Shown here: piece after piece, positions 46,766 to 58,679 of the stretch
Position numbering within the stretch: the stretch's first letter is position 1
How the letters are laid out: every line of letters begins with the position of its first letter
Assembly: GCA_965205405.1 (NCBI GenBank)
Contig: OZ242169.1
Span: forward strand, 2,381,826 to 2,445,825
DNA length: 64,000 bases
From: Gammaproteobacteria bacterium
Lineage (GTDB): Bacteria > Pseudomonadota > Gammaproteobacteria > Eutrophobiales > Eutrophobiaceae
Direction: 5' to 3'
Notes under the pieces: model-generated
Told to the model about the DNA's origin: nothing
Databases searched by the model: none
What the model saw: only the letters and a program-made list of their open reading frames with translations
Position numbers and translations under genes: made by a program

Positions 46766-48310
46766 ATGGCAAGACAATCCGGTGGGAGAGAGGCGCGCAG
46801 GGCACTGCGTAGCGCACCGCTGGCTGATGCGCTTAAGCCCGTTCATCCTGGTGAAGTCGGCGGGCAATTCCGGCCTTTGAAGGATGCGGACATAGCGGCC
46901 ATAAACGATAACGTCTTCAGGATTCTGGGAGAAGTCGGCTTCAGCGAAGCGACGCCACATTGCATCGAGGCCTGTACCGGCGTCGGCGCTGTGCTCGGCG
47001 ACGACGGCCGTTTGAGAATGCCGAGAGCCGTGGTCGAAAACGCCATGGGGCTTGCCAGGCACAACCTGGTGTTGCACGGCCAGGACCCCAGACACGACTT
47101 GCACCTCAACGGCAGCAAGGTCCACTTCGCGACGGCCGGCGCCGCGGTCATGGTTGCCGACCCTGAAAACAATCTGTACCGCGAGTCGACGGCACAGGAC
47201 CTCTACGACATGGCGCGCATTGCCGACACCTGTGAACATATTCACATGTTCCAGCGTACCTGCGTGTTGCGAGACATAGCAGACAATTACGAAATGGACC
47301 TCAATACCGCCTATTGCGTGGTTATGGGCACGAGCAAGCACGTGGCCTCGAGCTGGACTGAATTCAAGCATCTCGAAAAAACCCTGGAAATGTTGCACAT
47401 CATTGCCGGAAGCGAAGCCGAGTGGCGCGCGCGACCGTTTGTCAGCCAATCCAACTGTTTTGTTGTGCCGCCGATGAAGTTCGCCGTCGACTCGCTGGAA
47501 TGTTTACGAGTCGCAGTCCAGGGCGGTATGCCGGTGCTGCTCCTGTCTGCAGGACAAGCCGGCGCGACAACGCCGGCTTGTCTGGCCGGCGCCGTCTCCC
47601 AGGCCTGGGCAGAATGTCTCGGTGGTCTGGTCTATGTGAATGCAATAGAACCCGGCGCCCCGGCTATTCTCGGCACCTGGCCTTTTATCTCCGACCTGCG
47701 CACCGGCGCCATGAGCGGCGGTTCACCCGAACAGGGCCTGCTGTCCGCGGCCTGCGCGCAGATGGGCAACGTCTACGACTTGCCCTTTGGTACGGCCTGC
47801 GGGATGACGGATTCGAAATTCCCGGATTTTCAGGCCGGCGCCGAACGCGCCGCGACAACCCTGGCCGCGGCGCTGTCAGGCGCCAACATTATCTACGAAT
47901 CGGCAGGCATGTACGCGAGCCTGTTAGGGACTTGCCCCGAGAGCCTGTTATTGGACAATGACGTGCTCGGCGCCGCCATGCGGGTAACGAGAGGGATTGA
48001 AGTTAATGCCGAGACCTTGAGTTTTGACGAAATAAAACAGGTCTGCACCGGTGGCGAAGGTCATTACCTGGGCTCTGATCGGACGTTGAAGGTCATGCAA
48101 AGCGAATATATTTATCCGGACTTCAGCGATCGTACGAGTCCTAACGTGTGGGAAGAAAGCGGAAAACCGATCATGTTGCAGAAAGCTATCGAGAAGAAAC
48201 AAGCGATTCTCACCAGTCATTTTCCCGGCCATGTCAGTGGTGAAACTGACGCCGAGGTGCGGGCCAGGTTCCCGATTTTCCTATCCCGCGAGGCCATCGG
48301 CCGGAGCTGA
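46766..48310 (+). CDS. MttB-superfamily (non-pyrrolysine) quaternary-amine:corrinoid methyltransferase
   Basis: 514 aa. The MttB/MtgB fold is recognised throughout. There is no internal amber codon, so it is the non-Pyl type. Confidence 0.75.
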   Translation: MARQSGGREARRALRSAPLADALKPVHPGEVGGQFRPLKDADIAAINDNVFRILGEVGFSEATPHCIEACTGVGAVLGDDGRLRMPRAVVENAMGLARHNLVLHGQDPRHDLHLNGSKVHFATAGAAVMVADPENNLYRESTAQDLYDMARIADTCEHIHMFQRTCVLRDIADNYEMDLNTAYCVVMGTSKHVASSWTEFKHLEKTLEMLHIIAGSEAEWRARPFVSQSNCFVVPPMKFAVDSLECLRVAVQGGMPVLLLSAGQAGATTPACLAGAVSQAWAECLGGLVYVNAIEPGAPAILGTWPFISDLRTGAMSGGSPEQGLLSAACAQMGNVYDLPFGTACGMTDSKFPDFQAGAERAATTLAAALSGANIIYESAGMYASLLGTCPESLLLDNDVLGAAMRVTRGIEVNAETLSFDEIKQVCTGGEGHYLGSDRTLKVMQSEYIYPDFSDRTSPNVWEESGKPIMLQKAIEKKQAILTSHFPGHVSGETDAEVRARFPIFLSREAIGRS

Positions 48311-48412
48311 ATGTCAGGGGACGGACTTCAAGTCCGTCCCCGGTTGGTCCAGGCCATCGGCCGGAGTTAACCCGCATAGTCAGGGGACGGACTTCAAGTC
48401 CGTCCCCAGTTT
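48290..48412. repeat. Tandem ~70-bp duplication, each unit carrying the perfect hairpin GGGGACGGACT-TCAA-GTCCGTCCCC
   Basis: Hairpins at about 48312-48340 and 48381-48410. GCCATCGGCCGGAG recurs at 48290 and 48350. Lies between convergent genes. Confidence 0.6.
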
Positions 48413-48443
48413 GCACACGCTGTAAGCAGGGGTGGGAATCCGG

Positions 48444-50909
48444 TCAGCTACGGATGCGTTTATTGTCAGGATCGTACATGGGTCGCAGTGAGGCCTCGGC
48501 CAGAACGCGGATGCCGGCTACTTCGATTTCGAACTTATCTCCGACCAGTTCCGTCACCTCGCGAATTTCCGACGTATCAACGTAACCGAGACCGATACTG
48601 CCGCCCAGGGTGTGGCCGTAGCTGCCGGACGTCACGTGGCCGATGATCCTGTCTCTATGCCAAATCGGCTCGTTGTGGTAGAGCAGTGGTCCCGGGTCGC
48701 ATAACTTGAACTGCAGCATGCGTCTGCGCAGACCCTGCTCCTTCTGTTTCAGTAGCGCATCGCGGCCGATGAACCCGCCCGGCTTGTCGAACTTCACCGT
48801 AAACCCCAGGCCCGCTTCGAGCGGCGTGTCCTCGTCGGTAATATCGTGGCTCCAATGTCGATAGGCTTTTTCGATACGCAGGGAGTCGAGGGCATGATAA
48901 CCGGCGTGGGCCAGATCGATCGACTCTCCGGCAGCGACGATAGTGTCGTACACCCCGGCGACGAACTCGGTCGGTATGTAAAGCTCCCAGCCCAGTTCAC
49001 CGACGTAGGTGATTCGTGAGGCGCGCACCAATGCGTAACCCAACTCTATCCCCCGGCTGGTTGCAAAGCCGAACGCCTCGTTCGACAAATCGGCCGGCGT
49101 CAATGGCTGCAACAGCTTGCGCGCATTCGGACCCATCACGGATATGACGCCCATGGCCGATGTTACATTGGTCAGCACGCAGTGCGCATCGGCGGGAATG
49201 TGTTGTTTGAGCCAGTGAAAATCGCGGACTTCAGTAGCGGCGGCCGTCACGATCAGGAAGCTGTCCCGGGCGAGACGCGTGACTGTCAGGTCCGCTTCGA
49301 TTCCTCCCTGCCCATTCAACCACTGCGTATAGACGATGCGACCGGGCTTAACATCAACGTCGTTGGCGCAAACGTAGTTCAGCACCCGTGTGGCATCTCT
49401 CCCTTCCAGCCGGTACTTGGCGAAGGACGACTGGTCGAACAGGCCGACGTTTTCACGCACCGCCCGGTGTTCGGCGGCCGAGTACTCGAACCAGTTCTGG
49501 CGCCCGTAGCTGTATTCATACCTGGCCTCCACCCCCCGGGGAGCGTACCAGTTCGGTCGTTCCCACCCGGCCGTTTCGCCGTGACAGGCGCCAATTGATT
49601 TCAGGCGGTCGTAAAGCGGCGACTTGCGCACGCCGCGTGCGGTCTCATATTGGCGAAAGGGGTAGTGCCTGGCGTAGAGCAGACCCAGGCTCTCGGACAC
49701 GCGCTCGCGCAGGTATTTGCGGTTGCCCTGGAAAGGCATGTTGCGCCGCACGTCAACTTCCCAGAGGTCGGCCGGCGGATGCCCGGCGCGAATCCATTCC
49801 GCCATGACTTTCCCTATTCCCCCCGCAGATTGCAGGCCGATTGAATTCAAACCGGCGGCGACAAAGCAATTCCTGAATTCGGGCGCCGGGCCGAGATGGT
49901 AACGAACGTCCGGCGTAAAGCTTTCCGGACCGCAAAAAAACTTCTGGATACCTGCCGATTCGAGGGCCGGCACGCGCGCCATGGCATCCCGGAGAATCGG
50001 CTCGAAATGATCGAAGTTGCCGGCAATTTCGTCAAAGCAGAAGTCTTCGGGAATGCCGTCCACCCCCCAGGGCCGGGCGCTGGGTTCAAACGCGCCCACC
50101 AGTAATTTGCCGGCGTCATGTTTGTAATAGGTACAGGCGTCATAGTCGCGTATCACCGGGAGGTTCTCATCCAGCCCCTCAACGGATTCAAACAACGCAT
50201 AGTAGTGTTCACAGGCGTGCAGCGGTACGTTGGCCCCGATTGTCGCGGCCAGGTCCCGCGTCCACATACCGGCGCAAAGCACCACGTGGTCGGCGTCCAT
50301 ATCGCCGTACCCGGTACTGACGCCGGTGACCCGGCCGGCGCCGGTACGAATTGCCGTTACCGGCACGTTCTGAAAAATCCGTGCGCCGCTGGCCCGTGCT
50401 CCCTTGGCCAGTGCCTGGGTGATGTCAACCGCGTTGCCGTATCCGTCGGAAGGAATATGTATCCCGCCGAGCACGTCGTCGGTATGAAGCAGCGGTATCC
50501 GCTCCTTGATGGCCCCGGGCGTGACGACATCGACTTTCAGCCCGAACACCTGCGCCATCGAGGCGTTGCGTTTCAGTTCCTCGAAGCGTTCTTCACTGGT
50601 GGCGATTGAGACCGAACCGCATTGCCGGTAGCCCGTCGCCTGTCCTGTTTCCGCCTCCAGTCCGTCGTAGAGTTCCCTGGTGTAACGGGCAAGCTTGGTC
50701 ATATTGATGGAACCGCGCAACTGCCCGATCAGACCGGCTGCGTGCCAGGTGGTCCCCGATGTGAGCTGCTTGCGCTCCAGCAGTACAACGTCCTGTGAGT
50801 GGAATTTGGCCAGGTGATAGGCAATGGAACAACCGATCACGCCGCCACCGATGATAACCACGTCGGCGCGTCCCGGAAGATTCGGCAAGCTGGCTCGGGT
50901 ATCGGACAC
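48444..50909 (-). CDS. Dimethylglycine/sarcosine dehydrogenase-family flavoprotein, paralog 2
   Basis: VVIIGGGVIGCSIAYHLAK...TSGTTWHAAGL. Length 821 aa. Confidence 0.85.
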   Translation of the reverse strand: MSDTRASLPNLPGRADVVIIGGGVIGCSIAYHLAKFHSQDVVLLERKQLTSGTTWHAAGLIGQLRGSINMTKLARYTRELYDGLEAETGQATGYRQCGSVSIATSEERFEELKRNASMAQVFGLKVDVVTPGAIKERIPLLHTDDVLGGIHIPSDGYGNAVDITQALAKGARASGARIFQNVPVTAIRTGAGRVTGVSTGYGDMDADHVVLCAGMWTRDLAATIGANVPLHACEHYYALFESVEGLDENLPVIRDYDACTYYKHDAGKLLVGAFEPSARPWGVDGIPEDFCFDEIAGNFDHFEPILRDAMARVPALESAGIQKFFCGPESFTPDVRYHLGPAPEFRNCFVAAGLNSIGLQSAGGIGKVMAEWIRAGHPPADLWEVDVRRNMPFQGNRKYLRERVSESLGLLYARHYPFRQYETARGVRKSPLYDRLKSIGACHGETAGWERPNWYAPRGVEARYEYSYGRQNWFEYSAAEHRAVRENVGLFDQSSFAKYRLEGRDATRVLNYVCANDVDVKPGRIVYTQWLNGQGGIEADLTVTRLARDSFLIVTAAATEVRDFHWLKQHIPADAHCVLTNVTSAMGVISVMGPNARKLLQPLTPADLSNEAFGFATSRGIELGYALVRASRITYVGELGWELYIPTEFVAGVYDTIVAAGESIDLAHAGYHALDSLRIEKAYRHWSHDITDEDTPLEAGLGFTVKFDKPGGFIGRDALLKQKEQGLRRRMLQFKLCDPGPLLYHNEPIWHRDRIIGHVTSGSYGHTLGGSIGLGYVDTSEIREVTELVGDKFEIEVAGIRVLAEASLRPMYDPDNKRIRS

Positions 50910-50954
50910 TACTGGTCTACCTGTATGGCCGTCATTCTGCGATCAAAGACGCTG

Positions 50955-53381
50955 TTACAACCTTAATCGTTCGTTGGCAGGATCATAAGCCGGTTCCTTC
51001 AGGACCCTTGCCGGACAGCGTTCTCCGAGGAGGTCAATACTCAACTCCATGCCGGGTTTGGCCAGTTCCGGGGTGACGTAACCAAAGCCCAGGCATTTTC
51101 GAACGAAATGGCCGTAAGCCCCCGATGTGGCTACCCCGACGCACGTATCGCCATCGAACAGGGGCTCACTGCCACGCACGTCCGAGTCGATTGCATCGAC
51201 TTCGAAATACACGAGTTGCATGATTCGGTCCTGTTGATCCAGGGTGGCCTGCCGGCCCACAAAGTCTTCCTTATCAAACTTGATAAAACGCTCCATGTCG
51301 GCATCAATCATCGTGACTTCGTTGGTCAACTCCGCTCCCCAGCCCCGATACGCCTTCTCCATCCGCAGGCTGTTGACGGCGTACAGCCCGAAATCGGCAA
51401 TAGCGAACGCCTCGCCTGCTTCCCGGAGGGCATCGTATAACTCCTCCATGTATTCCATCGGCGGATGCAACTCCCAACCCAGTTCACCGACGTAGTTGAC
51501 CCGCAACGCCCGGACGGGCCTGCCTGCAACGGTGATTTCTTTGCCGCTTAACCAGCGAAACGCGCCGCTGTCCAGAGGCGAGTCCGTAAGTTTAGCAAGG
51601 ACATCTCGCGATCTCGGCCCGGCAAGCACCAGCACGCCCCGCTCATCGGTGACGTTGGCGACCTGCACTTGCTCATCTTCACGCGCGGACTGAAGCAAAT
51701 GGTCCATGTCGCGCAACTCGGCGCCGGCTGCAGACAATACGTAGAAATGCTCGTCTGCAAGATGTGTAATCGTCATCTCGCCGCCGATACGTCCGCCTTC
51801 GGACAACACGTGCGCCAGGGTGATACCGCCTATTTTCGGCATCCTGTTGGCGCAAATACGATCCAGGAACGCACGGGCGCCGGCGCCGGTCACGTCGAAC
51901 TTGGCGAAACCCGATAAATCCAGGATGCCGACACGTTCGCGCACCGCCAGGCACTCACTACGCACAACGTCGAAAACGTTGTTGCGACGGTAGTCGTATT
52001 CTTCCTCGCGAGCGTCCGGAGAAAACCATTTGGGCCGTTCCCAACCGAATGTCTCGGTGTACACGCAGCCCCGTGCTTTCAGTTTTTTATACAGCGGGCT
52101 GACGCGTCGCGGGCGGGCGGCGGGCAACTCTTCCCCGGGAAGCGGGGTAAAGTAGGTCATGCCGTAATCCTGGCGGCCCTTCGCCTTCATGTAGTCCTCA
52201 TCGGCAAAAACGCCGAAGCGACGAGGGTCGAATCCGGTCATATTAATTTCCGCATCTCCGTAGAGCATCCACTGTGCGAGATACTTACCGCACCCCGCGC
52301 CTTGCGCAATGCCGAACGAGGAACCGCAACAGAGCCAGAAGTTCTTTAGCCCCGCCACGGGACCCAACAGGGGCGGGCCGTCCGCGGAATGGGGAATGGC
52401 GCCGTTGACGATACGTTTGAGGCCGGCATTTTCGATGACCGGCATGCGCTCCATCGCGCGCTCCAGCCATGGCATCAGACGGTCGAGATCTTCGTCAAAC
52501 AGTTCGCTGTCGGACTCCCACTCCGGCAGCCCCCGCGGCGGCCACGCTTCGGCAAGGTTATCGTGCTCATAAATGCCGATGAGGCCTGACTTCTGCTCCT
52601 GGCGCAGGTACGCCGAGGAGTACGGATCGCGCATCACCGGAATCTCTTCATCTCGCTCGATAAATTCCGGTATCGGACCGGAGACGAGATAGTGGTGTTG
52701 AATGTTGCAGATAGGCAGGTCCGCGCCCACCATTTGCGCCACCTGCCTTGCATAACAGCCCGCTGCGTTGACGACGGTTTGCGCAATGACGACGCCCTTC
52801 TCGGTCACCACCTGCCATTCACCGGAAGGCAGCGCGTTGATATCGACGACCCGGTTATGCCGGACGATCGCGGCGCCCATATTGCGTGCGCCGCGAGCCA
52901 TTGCGTTGGTAAGACCCGCCGGGTCCGCATGACCGTCATCGCGCGTCCACGCTCCGGCCAGGACAGCGTCAGTGGATATAAACGGATTGAGCTTTCTGAT
53001 CTGATCGACGCCGATGATTTCCATGTGAAACCCGACGTTATCTGCAATCCCTTTGACGTATTTAAACCAGTCCAGGTCACGTTCGGTCAACGCGAACCGA
53101 ACACTGCCCGACGTGTGCCAACTGACAGACTGTCCGGTGAGTTCTTCCAGTCTTTTATAGAGGGAGATGCTGTATTCATGGATTTTGGCGAGATTGTAAT
53201 TGCCGACGAAGTTCGGGCATTGGCCGGCCGCATGCCAGGTCGAACCGGAGGTGAGTTCACCTTTCTCGATCAAAACAACGTCAGTGCAACCCTCCTCAGC
53301 CAGGTGGTAGAGCAGTCCGACTCCCATGATTCCGCCCCCAACGATGACGATGCGAGCATGATTATCCGTGCTGTTCTTCAT
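50955..53381 (-). CDS. Dimethylglycine/sarcosine dehydrogenase-family flavoprotein, paralog 3
   Basis: IVIVGGGIMGVGLLYHLAE...TSGSTWHAAGQ. Length 808 aa. Confidence 0.85.
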   Translation of the reverse strand: MKNSTDNHARIVIVGGGIMGVGLLYHLAEEGCTDVVLIEKGELTSGSTWHAAGQCPNFVGNYNLAKIHEYSISLYKRLEELTGQSVSWHTSGSVRFALTERDLDWFKYVKGIADNVGFHMEIIGVDQIRKLNPFISTDAVLAGAWTRDDGHADPAGLTNAMARGARNMGAAIVRHNRVVDINALPSGEWQVVTEKGVVIAQTVVNAAGCYARQVAQMVGADLPICNIQHHYLVSGPIPEFIERDEEIPVMRDPYSSAYLRQEQKSGLIGIYEHDNLAEAWPPRGLPEWESDSELFDEDLDRLMPWLERAMERMPVIENAGLKRIVNGAIPHSADGPPLLGPVAGLKNFWLCCGSSFGIAQGAGCGKYLAQWMLYGDAEINMTGFDPRRFGVFADEDYMKAKGRQDYGMTYFTPLPGEELPAARPRRVSPLYKKLKARGCVYTETFGWERPKWFSPDAREEEYDYRRNNVFDVVRSECLAVRERVGILDLSGFAKFDVTGAGARAFLDRICANRMPKIGGITLAHVLSEGGRIGGEMTITHLADEHFYVLSAAGAELRDMDHLLQSAREDEQVQVANVTDERGVLVLAGPRSRDVLAKLTDSPLDSGAFRWLSGKEITVAGRPVRALRVNYVGELGWELHPPMEYMEELYDALREAGEAFAIADFGLYAVNSLRMEKAYRGWGAELTNEVTMIDADMERFIKFDKEDFVGRQATLDQQDRIMQLVYFEVDAIDSDVRGSEPLFDGDTCVGVATSGAYGHFVRKCLGFGYVTPELAKPGMELSIDLLGERCPARVLKEPAYDPANERLRL

Positions 53382-53538
53382 TGTGTGCCAGGCAATCAGT
53401 GGTGAAAAGAATAAGGAGTTCTCTTGCCGGGAGTTCGATTACGGCCGGATAGTTTATCAAATATCGGGATTACATCATCAGTGACGGATGACGATGTCGA
53501 AAAAAGTCAATTACATGTCGCTCGCAGGGCAACCGCAA

Positions 53539-53596
53539 GATATTTGGGGTCAGAGTAAAAATACGGCTAATCCGGTAGATTGTGTTGTTGTACCAC
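53539..53596. repeat. Truncated MITE copy 6 (left arm and half spacer only)
   Basis: GATATTTGGGGTCAGAGTAAAAATAC plus the AATCCGGTAGA spacer core. The right arm is absent. Confidence 0.7.
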
Positions 53597-53695
53597 CTAA
53601 TTTGGGACACCCATAAATTGAGCATAATTCAGGACACCCATAAATTGTATTGTAAAAAAACAGGCCTCTGTAATTATTGGGTGTCCCAAATTAGG
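53596..53695. repeat. Second, unrelated palindromic element with 17-bp perfect inverted arms CCTAATTTGGGACACCC / GGGTGTCCCAAATTAGG
   Basis: Internal direct repeat GGACACCCATAAATTG occurs twice. The right arm supplies the ureG stop codon. Confidence 0.7.
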
Positions 53696-54335
53696 GGACT
53701 GCACGAATTTCGTCGATATTCCGTTCAGGCAGCATACCCTCGGTCACGATAAAGCGGATGATCGTATCCAGGCCGTCCCCTGTCTTGAGATTAGAGAATA
53801 CGAAGGGCTTATCCTTGCGCATTCTGCGGGTGTCGCGATCCATCACATCGAGGGAAGCGCCGACGCTGGGAGCCAGGTCTGTCTTGTTGATGATCAACAG
53901 GTCTGAGCGGGTGATGCCCGGTCCACCCTTGCGCGGGATTTTGTCCCCGGCCGATACGTCGATCACATAGAGTGTCAGGTCGGAGAGTTCGGGGCTGAAA
54001 GTGGCGCTGAGGTTGTCCCCCCCGCTTTCCACAAACACCAGGTCGAGTTCACGGTGACGCTGTTGCAACGTGTCAATAGCCGCCAGGTTCATTGAAGCGT
54101 CCTCGCGGATGGCCGTGTGCGGGCAACCTCCCGTCTCTACGCCGATGATGCGATCTGCCTCAAGCGCCTCATGGCGGGTAAGAAACTCCGCGTCCTCGCG
54201 AGTATAGATATCGTTGGTGACGACGCCAATATCATAGTGATCGCGCAGCGATTGGCACAATGATTTCAGCAATGCGGTCTTGCCGGAACCGACCGGCCCG
54301 CCGACGCCCACTCTCAGGGTTTGATTAGCTTGCAT
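53691..54335 (-). CDS. ureG: Urease accessory GTPase UreG
   Basis: [17 protein letters not shown]-loop motif. Length 214 aa. Confidence 0.9.
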   Translation of the reverse strand: MQANQTLRVGVGGPVGSGKTALLKSLCQSLRDHYDIGVVTNDIYTREDAEFLTRHEALEADRIIGVETGGCPHTAIREDASMNLAAIDTLQQRHRELDLVFVESGGDNLSATFSPELSDLTLYVIDVSAGDKIPRKGGPGITRSDLLIINKTDLAPSVGASLDVMDRDTRRMRKDKPFVFSNLKTGDGLDTIIRFIVTEGMLPERNIDEIRAVP

Positions 54336-54346
54336 AAGAGACTCTC

Positions 54347-55060
54347 TCAGGATCTGAATAACCGACTGTATTGTTGTTCGTGGCGGCTGCTGGCCAGCGC
54401 CAGGGCCGGCAAGGAACTGCCTATCTCCTCGTCCGCAACACCTGCGGCTTTATTGACGACTTCCGGCAGCTCTTGCAGGACGACGTCCAGTAACTGCTGG
54501 GCCGCTGTCTGCCCCAGTGCCGTCAACCTGGTTGCCGCGGCGACCTGGTTTTCCAACCAACTCCAGAGGTAGCCGTGGCAGGCGAGTTTCGGCTCGATAT
54601 GCCAATGTGTTGCCACCATCGCAAAGCTGGTAATGAAAGCGGTTTCACCCTGCGCCTGCCAGGGCACGTCGATTTTAAGAGGAGGCGCCAGACGAAGCAG
54701 GGCCTCTCCCATTGCAATCTCTGCCGCGCGCAGTTCGGTCGTATCCCGGCAGGCAAGAACCCAGGCATTCCAGCGGCGCAGGTCATCTGCATTGCACCGC
54801 TGAGCAGCGTCCATCTGGCGCAGCAGCAAAGGCAGATCAACCTTTGCATGACCTTCGCTCAACTGTAATGACAACCAGGCATTAATTTCTTCTCTGTTGC
54901 GCAACCAGCCTTCTTCCGCCGCCGCCTCCAGGCCCTGGGAGAAGGAGTAGCCCCCTACGGGCAGGGCGGCGCTGCTTAATTGCAGCAGGCGCAGTAACGC
55001 GCTTTCAGTGGTGGTGATGAGCATGACCGGCTCCACTGTAAGCCCCCGACTCCGGTTCAA
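54347..55060 (-). CDS. ureF: Urease accessory protein UreF
   Basis: [24 protein letters not shown]. The start may be the internal M at about 55024. Confidence 0.8.
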   Translation of the reverse strand: MNRSRGLTVEPVMLITTTESALLRLLQLSSAALPVGGYSFSQGLEAAAEEGWLRNREEINAWLSLQLSEGHAKVDLPLLLRQMDAAQRCNADDLRRWNAWVLACRDTTELRAAEIAMGEALLRLAPPLKIDVPWQAQGETAFITSFAMVATHWHIEPKLACHGYLWSWLENQVAAATRLTALGQTAAQQLLDVVLQELPEVVNKAAGVADEEIGSSLPALALASSRHEQQYSRLFRS

Positions 55061-55457
55061 AAACTGCCTCCTGGTGAACCAGCTCCAGGCCCAGTTTCAC
55101 CAGCATTTCCTCCAGCACGTGATCGGGGGTCATACGCAGCCAACGCTCCCCTATCTGCAATCGCACATGTCGATTTCCAAGGTGGTAACAGGCGCTGGCG
55201 AATAAGGCCCAATCGTCGGCGCGCGCCAGGACGACCGATTCCGTCGCTCCGGCTACCACCAGGCGCCGGCCGCAGGCGCTGCGCAGTCCCTGACCGAGGT
55301 GCAGGACGTTGCCTCGCTCCAGGAAGACTCGAACCTCGGTGCCGTCAGCCAGGAAGGTTTTGAACCTGCCCTTCTCTCGTTGCAGGTGGTCAAGCGCCAG
55401 CACCTCAGCGTCAGAACCGGGTTCCGGATGGGCCAGCAGCTCATAGACTTCCAGCAT
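55005..55457 (-). CDS. ureE: Urease accessory protein UreE with C-terminal His-rich tail
   Basis: MLEVYELL... ending HAHHHH. Start set at the ATG rather than the TTG the ORF track used. Confidence 0.8.
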   Translation of the reverse strand: MLEVYELLAHPEPGSDAEVLALDHLQREKGRFKTFLADGTEVRVFLERGNVLHLGQGLRSACGRRLVVAGATESVVLARADDWALFASACYHLGNRHVRLQIGERWLRMTPDHVLEEMLVKLGLELVHQEAVFEPESGAYSGAGHAHHHH

Positions 55458-55465
55458 GGCATTCC

Positions 55466-57165
<1,700 letters not shown>

Positions 57166-57169
<4 letters not shown>

Positions 57170-57495
57170 GTTTCACCCGATGACTCTCCATCCAGCGAGC
57201 CCATTATATTACCTCGGAAACCGTACACCTTGCGGATGCCGGCGTAGGCGACCAGTTCCACCTCCCGGTCCTGCCCCGGCTCGAACCGGATGGCGGTGCC
57301 CGAGGCGATATTCAGGCGAAATCCCCGAGTCCGGTCACGATCAAACAGCAAGGCGGGATTGGTCTCAAAAAAATGGTAGTGGGAACTGACCTGCACCGGG
57401 CGGTCCCCGCTGTTTTTTACTGCCAGGGTCAGGGTCTCCCGTCCCTGGTTCAGGTTGATTTCACCCTCGGCCACGAGGATTTCACCAGGGATCAT
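57166..57495 (-). CDS. ureB: Urease beta subunit
   Basis: [16 protein letters not shown]. Confidence 0.9.
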
Positions 57496-57512
57496 ATTGG
57501 TATAATATCCGG

Positions 57513-57815
57513 TCAGTTGATGGGGTTATGTACGGTAACCAGCTTGGTTCCGTCAGGAAAAGTGGCTTCGATCTGTACATCCTTGATCATTTCCACCACG
57601 CCGTCCATTACCTGGTCTGGCCGGAGTATATTCTTGCCGTAGCTCATTAATTCCGCTACCGTTTTTCCGTCGCGGGCGCCTTCCATGATCTCCAGCGACA
57701 GGTAAGCTACGGCTTCCGGGTAGTTAAGCTTGAGTCCCCTGTTCAGGCGCCGTTCCGCCAGCAGCGCCGCGGCAAACACCAGCAGTTTGTCTTTCTCTCT
57801 CGGCAGCAGTTCCAT
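57513..57815 (-). CDS. ureA: Urease gamma subunit
   Basis: [23 protein letters not shown]. Length 100 aa. Confidence 0.9.
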   Translation of the reverse strand: MELLPREKDKLLVFAAALLAERRLNRGLKLNYPEAVAYLSLEIMEGARDGKTVAELMSYGKNILRPDQVMDGVVEMIKDVQIEATFPDGTKLVTVHNPIN

Positions 57816-57830
57816 AATGTCTTTCTCTGT

Positions 57831-58679
57831 TTAGGTAGACCAGATACGCGGCGCACAGGCGTTACGTCCGAGTAGTGACGGACGCAAGGTCCGCCACCAG
57901 GCGCCATACAGTTTGCGTGCGCTGTGTGCGCTACCGCCAAGATAACGTCCCACCAGAAAGTTGCCCAGCCAGCTTATTGCCACGTCAGGTTCCGGCGCAG
58001 CCTGGCGCAGTAATTGCAGCAAGGGAGTGTGTTTTTCGGCAGCAAAGGGTCCGGCCAGAAACATGCCGGTAACAGGTTGACCACGCAGCCCTGCCGAACC
58101 GTGCAGCATCGACTCGCGATTATTTTCATCCAGGGAGAAGTTCTCGATGAATACCGGCGTTCCCTCCTGCAGCACACGGTAACGCTGTGAGAAACGTCCG
58201 CTACGGAAGGGTTGCCGGCTCGCAGGCAGGCCGAAGCAACTCACTTCCCAACCGACAAAACAACTGTTCCGGGCCAACTCAACCGTTGTTTCCAGTTCTA
58301 CCCAGGCGCCGTCGAACACAATGGTTTCCATGGGGAACCATTCCAGAATTGCATCCCTGCCAAGGCGCAGGCGGCAGCGCTGGCGTTGTAGCGGATTGTC
58401 GTCGCGAGCCCGGTAAACCCGGGTCGCGCCGGGCGTGGTTACCAGGGCGCCACTGTTGGCGGCGACGTCAACCGCAATATCCAGGCAATCGCCCGAGACA
58501 ATGCCGCCGGGAGGGTGTAGCAGGTACAGATGGGGGTGCTCCCTGCCTTCAGGATAAAAGGGTCTTTGCACATACAGGGGGCCATTGTGGGAACAGCGCG
58601 CCAGACGGGTCTTGCCGGCCTCCGAGCGCAGGCCCAGCTCGACGCTTGCCGGCCAGGACTGCGCCGCAGACAACGCCAT
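57831..58679 (-). CDS. ureD: Urease accessory protein UreD
   Basis: Operon position. 282 aa. LYLLHPPGGIVSGD. Confidence 0.8.
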   Translation of the reverse strand: MALSAAQSWPASVELGLRSEAGKTRLARCSHNGPLYVQRPFYPEGREHPHLYLLHPPGGIVSGDCLDIAVDVAANSGALVTTPGATRVYRARDDNPLQRQRCRLRLGRDAILEWFPMETIVFDGAWVELETTVELARNSCFVGWEVSCFGLPASRQPFRSGRFSQRYRVLQEGTPVFIENFSLDENNRESMLHGSAGLRGQPVTGMFLAGPFAAEKHTPLLQLLRQAAPEPDVAISWLGNFLVGRYLGGSAHSARKLYGAWWRTLRPSLLGRNACAPRIWST

